This document shows, piece by piece, positions 9,521-18,143 of a stretch of 64,000 nt of DNA. Within the stretch, counting starts at the first letter, position 1. Each line of letters starts with the position of its first letter. The stretch is from contig JAWAWX010000001.1 of NCBI GenBank assembly GCA_038897215.1, positions 960,001 to 1,024,000 on the forward strand, given 5' to 3'. The notes under the pieces are model-generated. The model worked only from the letters and a program-made list of their open reading frames with translations. It was not told the DNA's origin and did no database searches. Position numbers and translations under genes: made by a program. Origin of the DNA: Acidilobaceae archaeon (GTDB taxonomy: Archaea; Thermoproteota; Thermoprotei_A; Sulfolobales; Acidilobaceae).

Positions 9521-9639
9521 GCTAGACCTCTTCACAGCCTCAGTAGCGACCTCGCTGAAAGCGCGCGAGGCTAGCATCGAGAGTTGGTCGAGTTCTCCGA
9601 GAAGACTATGCCTTGTGGCGAGGCGGGTCTGATGGAATT

Positions 9640-10962
9640 CTACTCTGCTCTCTTCTCCCCAGCTAGAAGCGCCTTGACGACTCTGGGGAGCTCTTCTAGA
9701 CTCGCTACTTCTCTCCTCCCGCTTGGAGCATGGTACACAGTCGCTACTCCTTTCTCAGCCTCTATCTGCCCTATGAAGACCAGCACTGGGACCCCTAGCC
9801 TTCTAGCTCTTCTTCTCTGAGCGTCCTCGCTCGAGCGCATCAAATCTATTCTAGTGTTGACCCCGGCTTCTCTGAGGATTCTAGCTACTCTCCACGCGTA
9901 CTTGCTCAGAGCCCAGTCGAGGACCACTACTTGAGCTTCTGTGAGTGTCTGCTTCGAGGTCGAGACCAGGCCTAGCTCTATGCTAGCGTCTATTATCCTC
10001 TCTAAGCCTAAGCTGACGCCGGTAGCGGGGATGTCTCTTCCAGCGAAGAGCTTTATCAGGTTATCGTACCTACCTCCTCCAGCCACGCTCCCAATCCTAG
10101 GCGTTGATAGCTTAGCCTCGAAGATCGGTCCAGTGTAGTAGTCTAGACCTCGCACTAGGCTCAGGTCGAAGACTATGCGGTCAGCGTTATGCACCAAGTC
10201 TAAAGCCTTGAAGAGATGCTCGCAACCCTCTCGGATCCTGGTGTTCGACGAGTACCTAGAGCAGAGCGAGTCGAGGCTAGCAAAGGGGTCTCCTCTAATC
10301 TCGATGAGCTTCATCACTGTCTCGACGAACTCTCTCGAGTACCCCTTGTCTAAGAGCTCTCTCCTAACCCCCTCGACTCCTATCTTATCCAGCTTGTCTA
10401 TAGCTCTGTAGAGGGGGAGTGGGTCGGATAGCTCTAGCTCGCTCTCGAATATCCCGGCCAGTATCCTCCTATCATTGACTAGTATCTTGAAGTCCGAGAA
10501 GCCCACTTCTTTCAGAACGTCTGCTGTCAAGTCTAGTATCTCGGCATCAGCCTCGGGATAGGGGCTCCCCACTATGTCTGCATCGCATTGATAGAACTCT
10601 CTATACCTCCCCCTCTGGGGCTCCTCGTGTCTCCAGACTGGAGCTATGTGGTACCTTTTGAACGGAAGCGGGATGTCTGGTCTTGATGCCACAAACCTGG
10701 CTAGAGGAACCGTCAGGTCGTATCTTAGAGCGTACTCTCTACCACTCCAGGGGTCCGTGAATCGCCATATGAGCCTAGACTCAGCCTCCTCTCCGTACTT
10801 CCCAGCGAGAGTCTCCCAGTACTCTATAGCGGGTGTGTCGAGAGGGTCGAACCCGTAGCGCTCGAAGACCGTGACGATTTTACCTATTACCTCTCTCCTG
10901 GCAATCATAACTTCTGGAGGGAAGTCTCTAAAGCCTCTGGGAGGTCTAGCCTCTCTACTCAA
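9640..10962 (-). CDS. hisS: Histidyl-tRNA synthetase
   Basis: PPRGFRDF, LRYDLTVPLAR, RHEEPQRGRYREFYQCDAD, LVRGLDYYTG, GGGRYD; TTG 10962 after GGAGGA. Confidence 0.97.
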   Translation of the reverse strand: MSREARPPRGFRDFPPEVMIARREVIGKIVTVFERYGFDPLDTPAIEYWETLAGKYGEEAESRLIWRFTDPWSGREYALRYDLTVPLARFVASRPDIPLPFKRYHIAPVWRHEEPQRGRYREFYQCDADIVGSPYPEADAEILDLTADVLKEVGFSDFKILVNDRRILAGIFESELELSDPLPLYRAIDKLDKIGVEGVRRELLDKGYSREFVETVMKLIEIRGDPFASLDSLCSRYSSNTRIREGCEHLFKALDLVHNADRIVFDLSLVRGLDYYTGPIFEAKLSTPRIGSVAGGGRYDNLIKLFAGRDIPATGVSLGLERIIDASIELGLVSTSKQTLTEAQVVVLDWALSKYAWRVARILREAGVNTRIDLMRSSEDAQRRRARRLGVPVLVFIGQIEAEKGVATVYHAPSGRREVASLEELPRVVKALLAGEKRAE

Positions 10963-10963
10963 C

Positions 10964-11455
10964 TCAATCCTCCTGAGGAGTTCTCTGAACCGAGCGGGAA
11001 TTATAAGACTTGGCTTCCAATAGCTTGCCGCACTCTTCAAGAGCCTCTCTCTCTTCTTCTGCTCTAGCGAACGCCACCACAACAGCCCCGAGTTCTGCTA
11101 GCAGGCCCCCGAGTTCCTCTTCTACCTTGAAGAGGTGGCTGGGAGAGCGTCTATCATCGCTCGAGCCGAAGCCAGGGATGTGCTTAAGCCTGGTGGCGAG
11201 GAGGAGCGCTACGTCTGGCTCCCGGGCTTCTATCAGGTAGAATCCTAGCTTGCTGCACTCGACACTCAGGTAGTCTATATGCCAGAACATCTTCTTAGCT
11301 CGAGAGTAGTGCCTTTGGACTCTCTTACAGCAATTGCTTCCACAGGAGCCCACGTAAGCGTAGACACCAGCTGGGATCTCGAAGACTCTAGACCTCGTCT
11401 TCAAGACTAGACTAGGGCATTCTAGAAGAAGCACGTAGGATTTGAATAACGCCAT
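10964..11455 (-). CDS. GIY-YIG superfamily nuclease (DUF123-like)
   Basis: G.YAYVGS...RV.RH, WHIDYL, GFGSSD...SHLF. Confidence 0.8.
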   Translation of the reverse strand: MALFKSYVLLLECPSLVLKTRSRVFEIPAGVYAYVGSCGSNCCKRVQRHYSRAKKMFWHIDYLSVECSKLGFYLIEAREPDVALLLATRLKHIPGFGSSDDRRSPSHLFKVEEELGGLLAELGAVVVAFARAEEEREALEECGKLLEAKSYNSRSVQRTPQED

Positions 11456-11636
11456 CAGCGGCTTTCACCGCAACTCTAAGACCAGCTACTGCATCTCGGA
11501 CCTTATATCACTACAGCACGTTCTCAGCTCTCGCGAAGACGAGTCGGTGGCTCGACTAGGCTCTCTCGGTTGAGCATCAAGAATTCTTAGTAACGCTTAA
11601 AGGTTATTCCTACTATGGTGCACTATGGTGTAGCTA

Positions 11637-14075
11637 GTGGGTTCTCTGATCCTCTGGCTCGAGGAGCTAGACCCGAGAGAGCTAGCTCTAATTGGGGGTA
11701 AGGCTAGCGGGCTGGCTAAGCTGATAAAAGCCGGGCTTCCTGTTCCTCCAGGCTTCGTGGTCACGTCTGAAGCGTACAAGCTCTTCGTGGAGGAAACGGG
11801 ACTCAAGGACTATATCGAGAAGGTTTTGAGAGAAGTAATCAAGACGGGAGACCCTAGAGAGTACGAGGAGGCAAGCAAGCTGATAAGAGCTAAGTTCGAC
11901 GAGACCCCGATGCCTAGCGAGCTAGCTGAGAGCATCAAGAAAGCCTACGTGGAGCTCTGCGAGAAGCTTGGAGTGAGAGAAGCGAGAGTAGCAGTTAGGA
12001 GTAGCGCTACAGCCGAAGACCTGCCTGAAGCAAGCTTTGCTGGACAGCAGGAGACTTATCTGAACATAGTGGGCGCCGAGAGAGTAGTCGAGATGGTCAA
12101 GAAGGCTTGGAGTAGTCTCTGGACTCCTAGAGCTATAATGTATAGAGACAGCATGAAGGTAGAGCACAGTAGAGCCTACATGGCTGTCGTCGTCCAGAAG
12201 ATGGTTAACAGTAGGAGTAGCGGCGTTTTGTTCACTATACACCCCGTGACGGGCGATGAAGACAAGATCGTTGTTGAAGCTGTCTGGGGGCTAGGAGAGC
12301 TCATAGTATCAGGTAAGGCTACACCAGATAGGTACGTTGTGAACAAGGCTACGCTAGAGATAATTGAGAAGAAGATCGCGAGAAAGCCTAGAGCTCTCCT
12401 CTACGACCCCGACTCGCGTAGAAACATAGAGGTAGAGGTCCCCGAGAGCGATAGAGAGCTAGCTAAGCTCTATGCTGAGAAGCCTAGCATAGCCGACCTC
12501 CTAGAGAAGCATGGGATTAGGCCAGACTCTCCGGCTCTCAGCGAGGAGGAGGTCAAGCATTTAGCCAAGCTGGCGATCAAGGCTGAGTCCTACTTCGGCG
12601 TGCCTCTAGACATCGAGTGGGCTGTAGACGCTGACCTAGAGTTCCCTCAGAGCATCTACATAGTCCAAGCTAGGCCCGAGACTGTCTGGAGCACTAAGAA
12701 GAAGACGGAGAAGACTAGAGCTGAAGCCGTGGAGGCTACCTCAGCCAAGATCTTGGTGAGAGGGATCCCAGCTAGCCCCGGTCTAGCCTATGGGAGAGCT
12801 AAAGTAGCGCTGAGCGTGGAGGAAGCAGCTCGAAAGATGGAGAAAGGAGACGTGCTAGTCACCAAGATGACAGACCCAGACTGGGTCCCCTACATGAAGC
12901 TAGCTTCAGCAATAGTCACAGACGAGGGGGGGATAACTGCTCACGCAGCGATAGTAGCTAGAGAGCTGGGAATACCCGCCGTAGTGGGTGCCGGTAACGC
13001 CACGAAGGTGCTAGAAGACGGGCTAGAAGTCACGGTAGACGGCTCCAGGGGAGTAGTCTACGAGGGCGTGGTGAAAGTCGAGGAGGAGAAGCCGGCTGCT
13101 CCCGCTGAAGTCGTGGTCTCAGCCTATCCGGCTACAGCTACCAAGATATACATGAATCTAGGCCAGCCAGCTGAGATAGACAGATACAAGAACCTGCCTT
13201 TCGACGGAATCGGGTTGATGAGGATAGAGTTCATCATAGCGAGCTGGATAGAGTACCACCCACTCTACCTCATCGAGCAGGGCCGCGGAGACTTCTTCGT
13301 AGACAAGCTGGCAGAAGGGATAGCCAAGGTGGCTAGTGCTATCTACCCGAGACCCGTCGTGGTGAGATTCAGCGACTTCAGGACAAACGAGTACGCTAGG
13401 CTGAAGGGAGCGGAGAAGTACGAGACTCTGGATGAGCGCAACCCGATGATTGGCTGGAGAGGGGTAGCTAGATACATCAGCCCCCAGTACGAGCCCGCCT
13501 TCAGGCTAGAGCTTAGAGCGATAAAGAAAGTCAGGGAGGAGTGGGGGCTGAAGAACGTTTGGGTCATGTTCCCATTCGTTAGAACAACCTGGGAGCTCGA
13601 GAAGGCGCTCAAGCTGATGGAGAGCGAGGGCCTAGGCAGGTCTAAAGACTTCAAGGTCTGGATAATGGTCGAGGTCCCGAGCACGGTATTCCTGGCAGAG
13701 GAATTCGCCAAGATGGTAGACGGTTTCAGCATAGGGAGCAATGACTTGACGCAACTGGTTCTAGGAGCTGATAGAGATAGCGGGATACTGGCTAGAATGG
13801 GCTACTTCGACGAGAGAGACCCGGCTGTCTTGAAGGCGATAAGGAGAGTGATCAGAGCAGCTAAGAAGCACGGAATAACGAGCAGCATATGCGGCCAGGC
13901 TCCGAGCGTGTACCCGGAGATAGTAGAGTTCCTCGTGAGAGAAGGCATAGACTCTATCAGCGTCAACCCCGACGCGGTAGTCTCCACGAGGATGCTCGTA
14001 GCCAGCATTGAGAGAAAGCTGATGCTAGAGAGGCTGAGCAGTATCGAGAAGAAGCTCAAGAAGCTGAAGCGCTAG
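11637..14075 (+). CDS. ppsA: Phosphoenolpyruvate synthase (pyruvate, water dikinase)
   Basis: GGKASGL, VAVRSSATAEDLPEASFAGQQET, TAHAAIVARELG phospho-His, NPMIGWRG, FSIGSNDLTQ, ICGQAPS. Confidence 0.97.
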   Translation: MGSLILWLEELDPRELALIGGKASGLAKLIKAGLPVPPGFVVTSEAYKLFVEETGLKDYIEKVLREVIKTGDPREYEEASKLIRAKFDETPMPSELAESIKKAYVELCEKLGVREARVAVRSSATAEDLPEASFAGQQETYLNIVGAERVVEMVKKAWSSLWTPRAIMYRDSMKVEHSRAYMAVVVQKMVNSRSSGVLFTIHPVTGDEDKIVVEAVWGLGELIVSGKATPDRYVVNKATLEIIEKKIARKPRALLYDPDSRRNIEVEVPESDRELAKLYAEKPSIADLLEKHGIRPDSPALSEEEVKHLAKLAIKAESYFGVPLDIEWAVDADLEFPQSIYIVQARPETVWSTKKKTEKTRAEAVEATSAKILVRGIPASPGLAYGRAKVALSVEEAARKMEKGDVLVTKMTDPDWVPYMKLASAIVTDEGGITAHAAIVARELGIPAVVGAGNATKVLEDGLEVTVDGSRGVVYEGVVKVEEEKPAAPAEVVVSAYPATATKIYMNLGQPAEIDRYKNLPFDGIGLMRIEFIIASWIEYHPLYLIEQGRGDFFVDKLAEGIAKVASAIYPRPVVVRFSDFRTNEYARLKGAEKYETLDERNPMIGWRGVARYISPQYEPAFRLELRAIKKVREEWGLKNVWVMFPFVRTTWELEKALKLMESEGLGRSKDFKVWIMVEVPSTVFLAEEFAKMVDGFSIGSNDLTQLVLGADRDSGILARMGYFDERDPAVLKAIRRVIRAAKKHGITSSICGQAPSVYPEIVEFLVREGIDSISVNPDAVVSTRMLVASIERKLMLERLSSIEKKLKKLKR

Positions 14076-14228
14076 CTCTCCCCTTGCGCTCTATAGTCTT
14101 CTCAACCACGAGTTTCTCCCGAGCTCTCCACCCTCAGCCCCCTACCTGCTACTTACCGCTATTGCCTCGAGAGGCGTGCAAGGTAGTGCATAAAGCCTTA
14201 CTGCTCTGTGTAGAGAGAGGGGAGCACT

Positions 14229-15398
14229 ATCTTCAGGTATCTCTCTAGCGATATAGTTGAGAGGATAAGACCCGATGCGGTGAGAGTGCTGAAGAGCAAG
14301 CCTCTAGTCGAGAGGCTAAGCTGGTACTTTAGAGTCCTCTTTGGCGAGATGCCCGCCAAGTACCGGATAGCTAAGAGAGTCGAGGCTCCCGAGAACCCCT
14401 ACCAGGAGGGGATGGGGCTGGAGGAGCTGTGGAGTCTTCACGACAAGCTGGCGGTAGAGCACGCTAGGCTCCTACGCTCTATCGAGGAGAGTGGAGAGAA
14501 GCTCTCTTCTAGTGTTCCACGATACTCCTATCTCGACGTCAAGATAGCTATATCCAAGAGGATCCTCGAGAGCTGCCATCTCTGCGAGTGGAGATGCAGG
14601 ACTAACAGAGCTTCGGGTAAGCGGGGAGTGTGCAAAGTCTCGGCTGACTGCGTGGTGTACAGCTACTTCCACCACATGGGCGAAGAGGCTCCGCTAGTCC
14701 CGAGCGGGACTATATTCTACGGCGGGTGCCCCTTCAAGTGCGTCTTCTGCCAGAACTGGGAGATAAGCCAGATGCTCGACGAGAACTACTCTATAGTGAC
14801 GCCTAGGGAGCTCGCTGAAATCCAGGAGGAGCTCGCTATAACCGGGGCTAGAAACATCAACCACGTCGGCGGAGACCCGATACCCCACATACCTTTCATA
14901 CTCGAGAGCCTCAAGTATCTAGACGTCAACAAGCCTCAGCTGTGGAATAGCAACATGTATCTCAGCAATGAGGGGATGAAGCTGATAGCTGACATCATAG
15001 ACATATGGCTACCTGACTTCAAGTACGGTAACGACTCCTGCGCGCTCAGACTATCTAAGTGCAGAAACTACCTGGAGGTAGTGACTAGGAATCTGCTAGC
15101 CGCCTACGAGGGAGGCAGAGGGAACATCATAGTCAGGCACTTAGTCCTACCTGGTCACATAGAGTGCTGCACGAGAAGAGTGCTAGAGTGGATGTCTAAA
15201 AACATACCCGGAGCAGTCTTAAACCTGATGGATCAATACCATCCAGACTACCTCCTCCTCATAGACCCCAGAGCTAGAGAAGAATACAAGGAAGTGTCTA
15301 GAAGACTCTCTAGAAGCGAGTACGAGGAGGCTCTGAAGATAGCTAAAGAGTACGGCTACACTCTCGAAGTCGAAGAGCTCCTCCTGATACCTAGCTAG
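14229..15398 (+). CDS. Radical SAM protein, PflX-like; start uncertain (ATC 14229 or GTG 14280)
   Basis: CHLCEWRC, HMGEE.PLVPSGTIFYGGCPFKCVFCQNWEIS, LWNSNMY, PDFKYGND.CA, RHLVLPGH. Confidence 0.88.
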   Translation: MFRYLSSDIVERIRPDAVRVLKSKPLVERLSWYFRVLFGEMPAKYRIAKRVEAPENPYQEGMGLEELWSLHDKLAVEHARLLRSIEESGEKLSSSVPRYSYLDVKIAISKRILESCHLCEWRCRTNRASGKRGVCKVSADCVVYSYFHHMGEEAPLVPSGTIFYGGCPFKCVFCQNWEISQMLDENYSIVTPRELAEIQEELAITGARNINHVGGDPIPHIPFILESLKYLDVNKPQLWNSNMYLSNEGMKLIADIIDIWLPDFKYGNDSCALRLSKCRNYLEVVTRNLLAAYEGGRGNIIVRHLVLPGHIECCTRRVLEWMSKNIPGAVLNLMDQYHPDYLLLIDPRAREEYKEVSRRLSRSEYEEALKIAKEYGYTLEVEELLLIPS

Positions 15399-15961
15399 CC
15401 GCGAGCCTCCTGCTCTGACCTCTGCTCTCTGAGTCGAGATCTCCAAGCGATCCTGCCATCGACGTACACTACGCCTCCCCCTCTCCTCTTGAGTCTTTCC
15501 AGGATCTTCTTCGAGTAGCTCCTGAAACCTCCTAGGTACGCTTCTCTCCTACTCGACGCAGGAGACCCTACTATGTCTCCTGTCACGGCAACAACAGTGA
15601 TGGATGCTCCCGTCTTCTCGACTTCTCTAGCTATCTCGACTAGGTCTGCCTCCAGCTCTCTAGCCTCGACTCCTGGGATCTCGATGACGGCCTCCTCAGT
15701 ACCTCTCTCCCAGTCGAGACCGTAGACTACTACTCCGCACCACTTCCTAGCGAGTCTCTCAACGAGGTCTGATAAGAGGCCAGTGACCTCGTTTGGTGTA
15801 TACTCATCGTAGCCTCTCTGTCTCGTAATCTCCTCGAATCTGTCTAGGTCGAGGACTACTACCGCTCCACGGCTTACAGCTGAAGAAGAGCCTCTCTCAA
15901 TGGTTTCTGGTCTGCGTGATGCTGAGCCGGTCACCTGGTCCCAGACTGCCCGCTTCTTCAT
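15395..15961 (-). CDS. Hypothetical protein with GGDEF/nucleotidyl-cyclase-like palm domain
   Basis: VVVLDLDRFEEI...GY, RGTEEAVIEIPG, L..LKRRG..VVYV align by eye with the GGDEF consensus. Confidence 0.6.
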   Translation of the reverse strand: MKKRAVWDQVTGSASRRPETIERGSSSAVSRGAVVVLDLDRFEEITRQRGYDEYTPNEVTGLLSDLVERLARKWCGVVVYGLDWERGTEEAVIEIPGVEARELEADLVEIAREVEKTGASITVVAVTGDIVGSPASSRREAYLGGFRSYSKKILERLKRRGGGVVYVDGRIAWRSRLREQRSEQEARG

Positions 15962-16011
15962 CCCAACTACTCAACGAGAGCTAGAGGAGATAAGCAGTAA
16001 TGCGAGTGATA

Positions 16012-16020
16012 CTTTTTAAA
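16012..16020 (+). promoter_or_regulatory. TATA box upstream of tbp
   Basis: TTTTTAAA about 40 nt before ATG 16062; GAGGAG SD in between. Confidence 0.6.
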
Positions 16021-16061
16021 CCCCCAGGGCTCGATTCTAACTCCCAGAGGAGACAGGCGCT

Positions 16062-16658
16062 ATGGCCTATCCTAGGGGTGAAGCTGAGAGAGCTCTCGAC
16101 GAGCCTAAGCCTCGTAGCCAGATAGAGAACATAGTGGCTACAGTCATACTAGAGCACCCTCTAGACCTATCCCTCATAGAGTCGAGGCTACCCGAGTCAG
16201 AGTACAACCCCGACCAGTTCCCGGGGCTCATATACAGGCTAGACCAGCCTAAGGTAACAGCTCTCATATTCAAGTCCGGCAAGATGGTAGTGACTGGTGC
16301 TAAGAGCGTGAACACTCTAGTCTTCGCCGTCAAGAAGATAATAAAGACTCTGATGAATAAAGGGATACCTATCCACGGAAAGGTCCAGATACAGATACAG
16401 AACATAGTGGCGTCAGCCGACTTAGGCACATTCATAGACTTAGAGAGAGCTGCTCTAGCTCTCCCCGGGAGCATGTACGAGCCTGAGCAGTTCCCCGGGC
16501 TCATATACAGGATGGATAAGCCCTCCGTAGTGCTCCTGATATTTAGTAGCGGCAAGATGGTGATAACTGGAGCTAAGCGCGAAGAGGAGGTATCGAAGGC
16601 TGTAGACGCTATCTTCAATATCCTGAAGAAACACGAGTGCCTCATAACGCAGTTCTAA
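16062..16658 (+). CDS. tbp: TATA-box binding protein
   Basis: Two repeats of NIVA...[10 protein letters not shown]...LIF.SGKMV.TGAK. Confidence 0.99.
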   Translation: MAYPRGEAERALDEPKPRSQIENIVATVILEHPLDLSLIESRLPESEYNPDQFPGLIYRLDQPKVTALIFKSGKMVVTGAKSVNTLVFAVKKIIKTLMNKGIPIHGKVQIQIQNIVASADLGTFIDLERAALALPGSMYEPEQFPGLIYRMDKPSVVLLIFSSGKMVITGAKREEEVSKAVDAIFNILKKHECLITQF

Positions 16659-16688
16659 AACCCCAGCTCGCTTCTCGACTCTAGAGTC

Positions 16689-17459
16689 TTACGCTTGAAC
16701 CCTCTCTCCTAGGAGGAAGCCTAGTTTAGGTAGAGCTATCGTGCCCAAGTCTCTATCAGCTATTATCGGAACCGCCTCCTCTATTAGAGCCTCTTCTCGA
16801 ACCCATGGGGAGAGGTATCTGGTCTTATCTAGCGTAACGACATTGCCTGACTGATACTCTCCCATGGCTGGGAGCACTATGAAGTATCCGCTCGAGGCTC
16901 TGGGAGCTACTAGGAAGACTGGAAGCCTTTCTCTAAAGCCTCCTACTGATATCTCTAGAGCTGGGTGCTCGTGACCTATTATCACTAAATCTGCGTTAAC
17001 TTCGTGAACCTCGTGGCCGTGAGTGATCACCACGCTCTTCTCTAGCTCTAGATAGCCCTCTATCCAGATAGCTCCTAGCTTCTTGAGGAGGCCGGAGACG
17101 TAGTTATCGTGATTGCCTCTAACAACGAGAACCTCCTTGAATCCTAGCTCGTAGGCTCTCTCTACGAACCTCGTAACTTCTTCGCGCTCCTGTCTGGTGA
17201 GCTTCTCGAAGACATGTTTTAAGTCTCCTCCCACGATGAGCTTGCTCGCTCCAGTAGTAGCTCTAATCCTGGATAGGCTTTCGAGAGCTCTCCTAAGTTG
17301 CCTTCTGGGAGGGAATACGCCTAAGTCCGCCATAGCTGACTCGAAGCCTAGATGGATATCTGAGACTACTACTGCGTTCTCGCTACTAACGTAGAGAGCT
17401 GCCTCTCCTCCAACGAAAGCCACTCTGTACTCTTCCAGTAGAGCCTTGACTTCCTCCAA
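16689..17459 (-). CDS. Calcineurin-like metallophosphoesterase
   Basis: SDIHLG, GGDLKH, RGNHD, THGH, IGHEHP. Confidence 0.92.
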   Translation of the reverse strand: MEEVKALLEEYRVAFVGGEAALYVSSENAVVVSDIHLGFESAMADLGVFPPRRQLRRALESLSRIRATTGASKLIVGGDLKHVFEKLTRQEREEVTRFVERAYELGFKEVLVVRGNHDNYVSGLLKKLGAIWIEGYLELEKSVVITHGHEVHEVNADLVIIGHEHPALEISVGGFRERLPVFLVAPRASSGYFIVLPAMGEYQSGNVVTLDKTRYLSPWVREEALIEEAVPIIADRDLGTIALPKLGFLLGERVQA

Positions 17460-17544
17460 GAGGGATTCCTCCAGAAGTATTACCTAGCAGGCTGAAAGCT
17501 AAAGAGGCGAGTCATGAAGTGCAGAGAGGAGCCCGCTTTACTCA

Positions 17545-17625
<81 letters not shown>

Positions 17626-17675
17626 TCTCCTTCAGCTCGAGTCTCGGCTCTAGCTTTAAATATGCTCGATTCTCG

Positions 17676-18143
17676 CTACCGCTTCTCTTCCTCTACTCTC
17701 TCTCCTAGCATGTTTTTCAGATAGTATTCTAGAACGCTGTCTTTCCTGACTCCCTCGAGCTTCTCTATCGTCACGCCATTAGAGTCTACTCTAGCTATGA
17801 GGATAGTGGGGCTTGCTTTGACCTCGTACTTTCTGAAGGTCTCTGCTGCGGCTTGAGAAGAGCACGTGGAGGCAAACCAGTCGCAGAGAACTATTACGAA
17901 AACGATCTTAGCGTTGCCTCCATACTTAAGCAAGATCTTCAAGACGTGCTGGTCTTGAGCTCTACAAGCTGGGCATAGAGTGTTATCGAAGTATACGAAG
18001 TAGACTCCCTCTCCTAGCTCGCCTAGACTGAAAGGCTCTCCCTGAGACCTGAGGAGAACCCACTTCTTCGACTCGTTTTGAAACACGTAGATTCCGTTGG
18101 GTGTGCCTACAGTAGGCATCTCTATGGTCAATGTTAGCCTCAC
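17676..18143 (-). CDS. Thioredoxin-fold protein
   Basis: FVYFDN..CPAC, and F..Y.V.ASPT cis-Pro region. Confidence 0.8.
   Translation of the reverse strand: MRLTLTIEMPTVGTPNGIYVFQNESKKWVLLRSQGEPFSLGELGEGVYFVYFDNTLCPACRAQDQHVLKILLKYGGNAKIVFVIVLCDWFASTCSSQAAAETFRKYEVKASPTILIARVDSNGVTIEKLEGVRKDSVLEYYLKNMLGERVEEEKR

Noticed and set aside
10963-11082. N-terminal extension of hisS
   Set aside because: Overlaps the GIY-YIG gene; SD-supported TTG at 10962
14100-14160. Minus-strand CTGA-gg-GTGGAGA (similar weak patterns near 9520-9560 and 15910-15961)
   Set aside because: Outer C and D boxes missing or badly spaced
16215-16511. 23/24-nt direct repeat (16215-16238 and 16488-16511)
   Set aside because: Explained by TBP's internal protein duplication (QFPGLIYR)
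16067-16645. 192-aa antisense ORF over tbp, and many similar Ser/Leu/Thr-rich antisense ORFs in the track
   Set aside because: Shadow frames of well-supported genes with no motifs or SD
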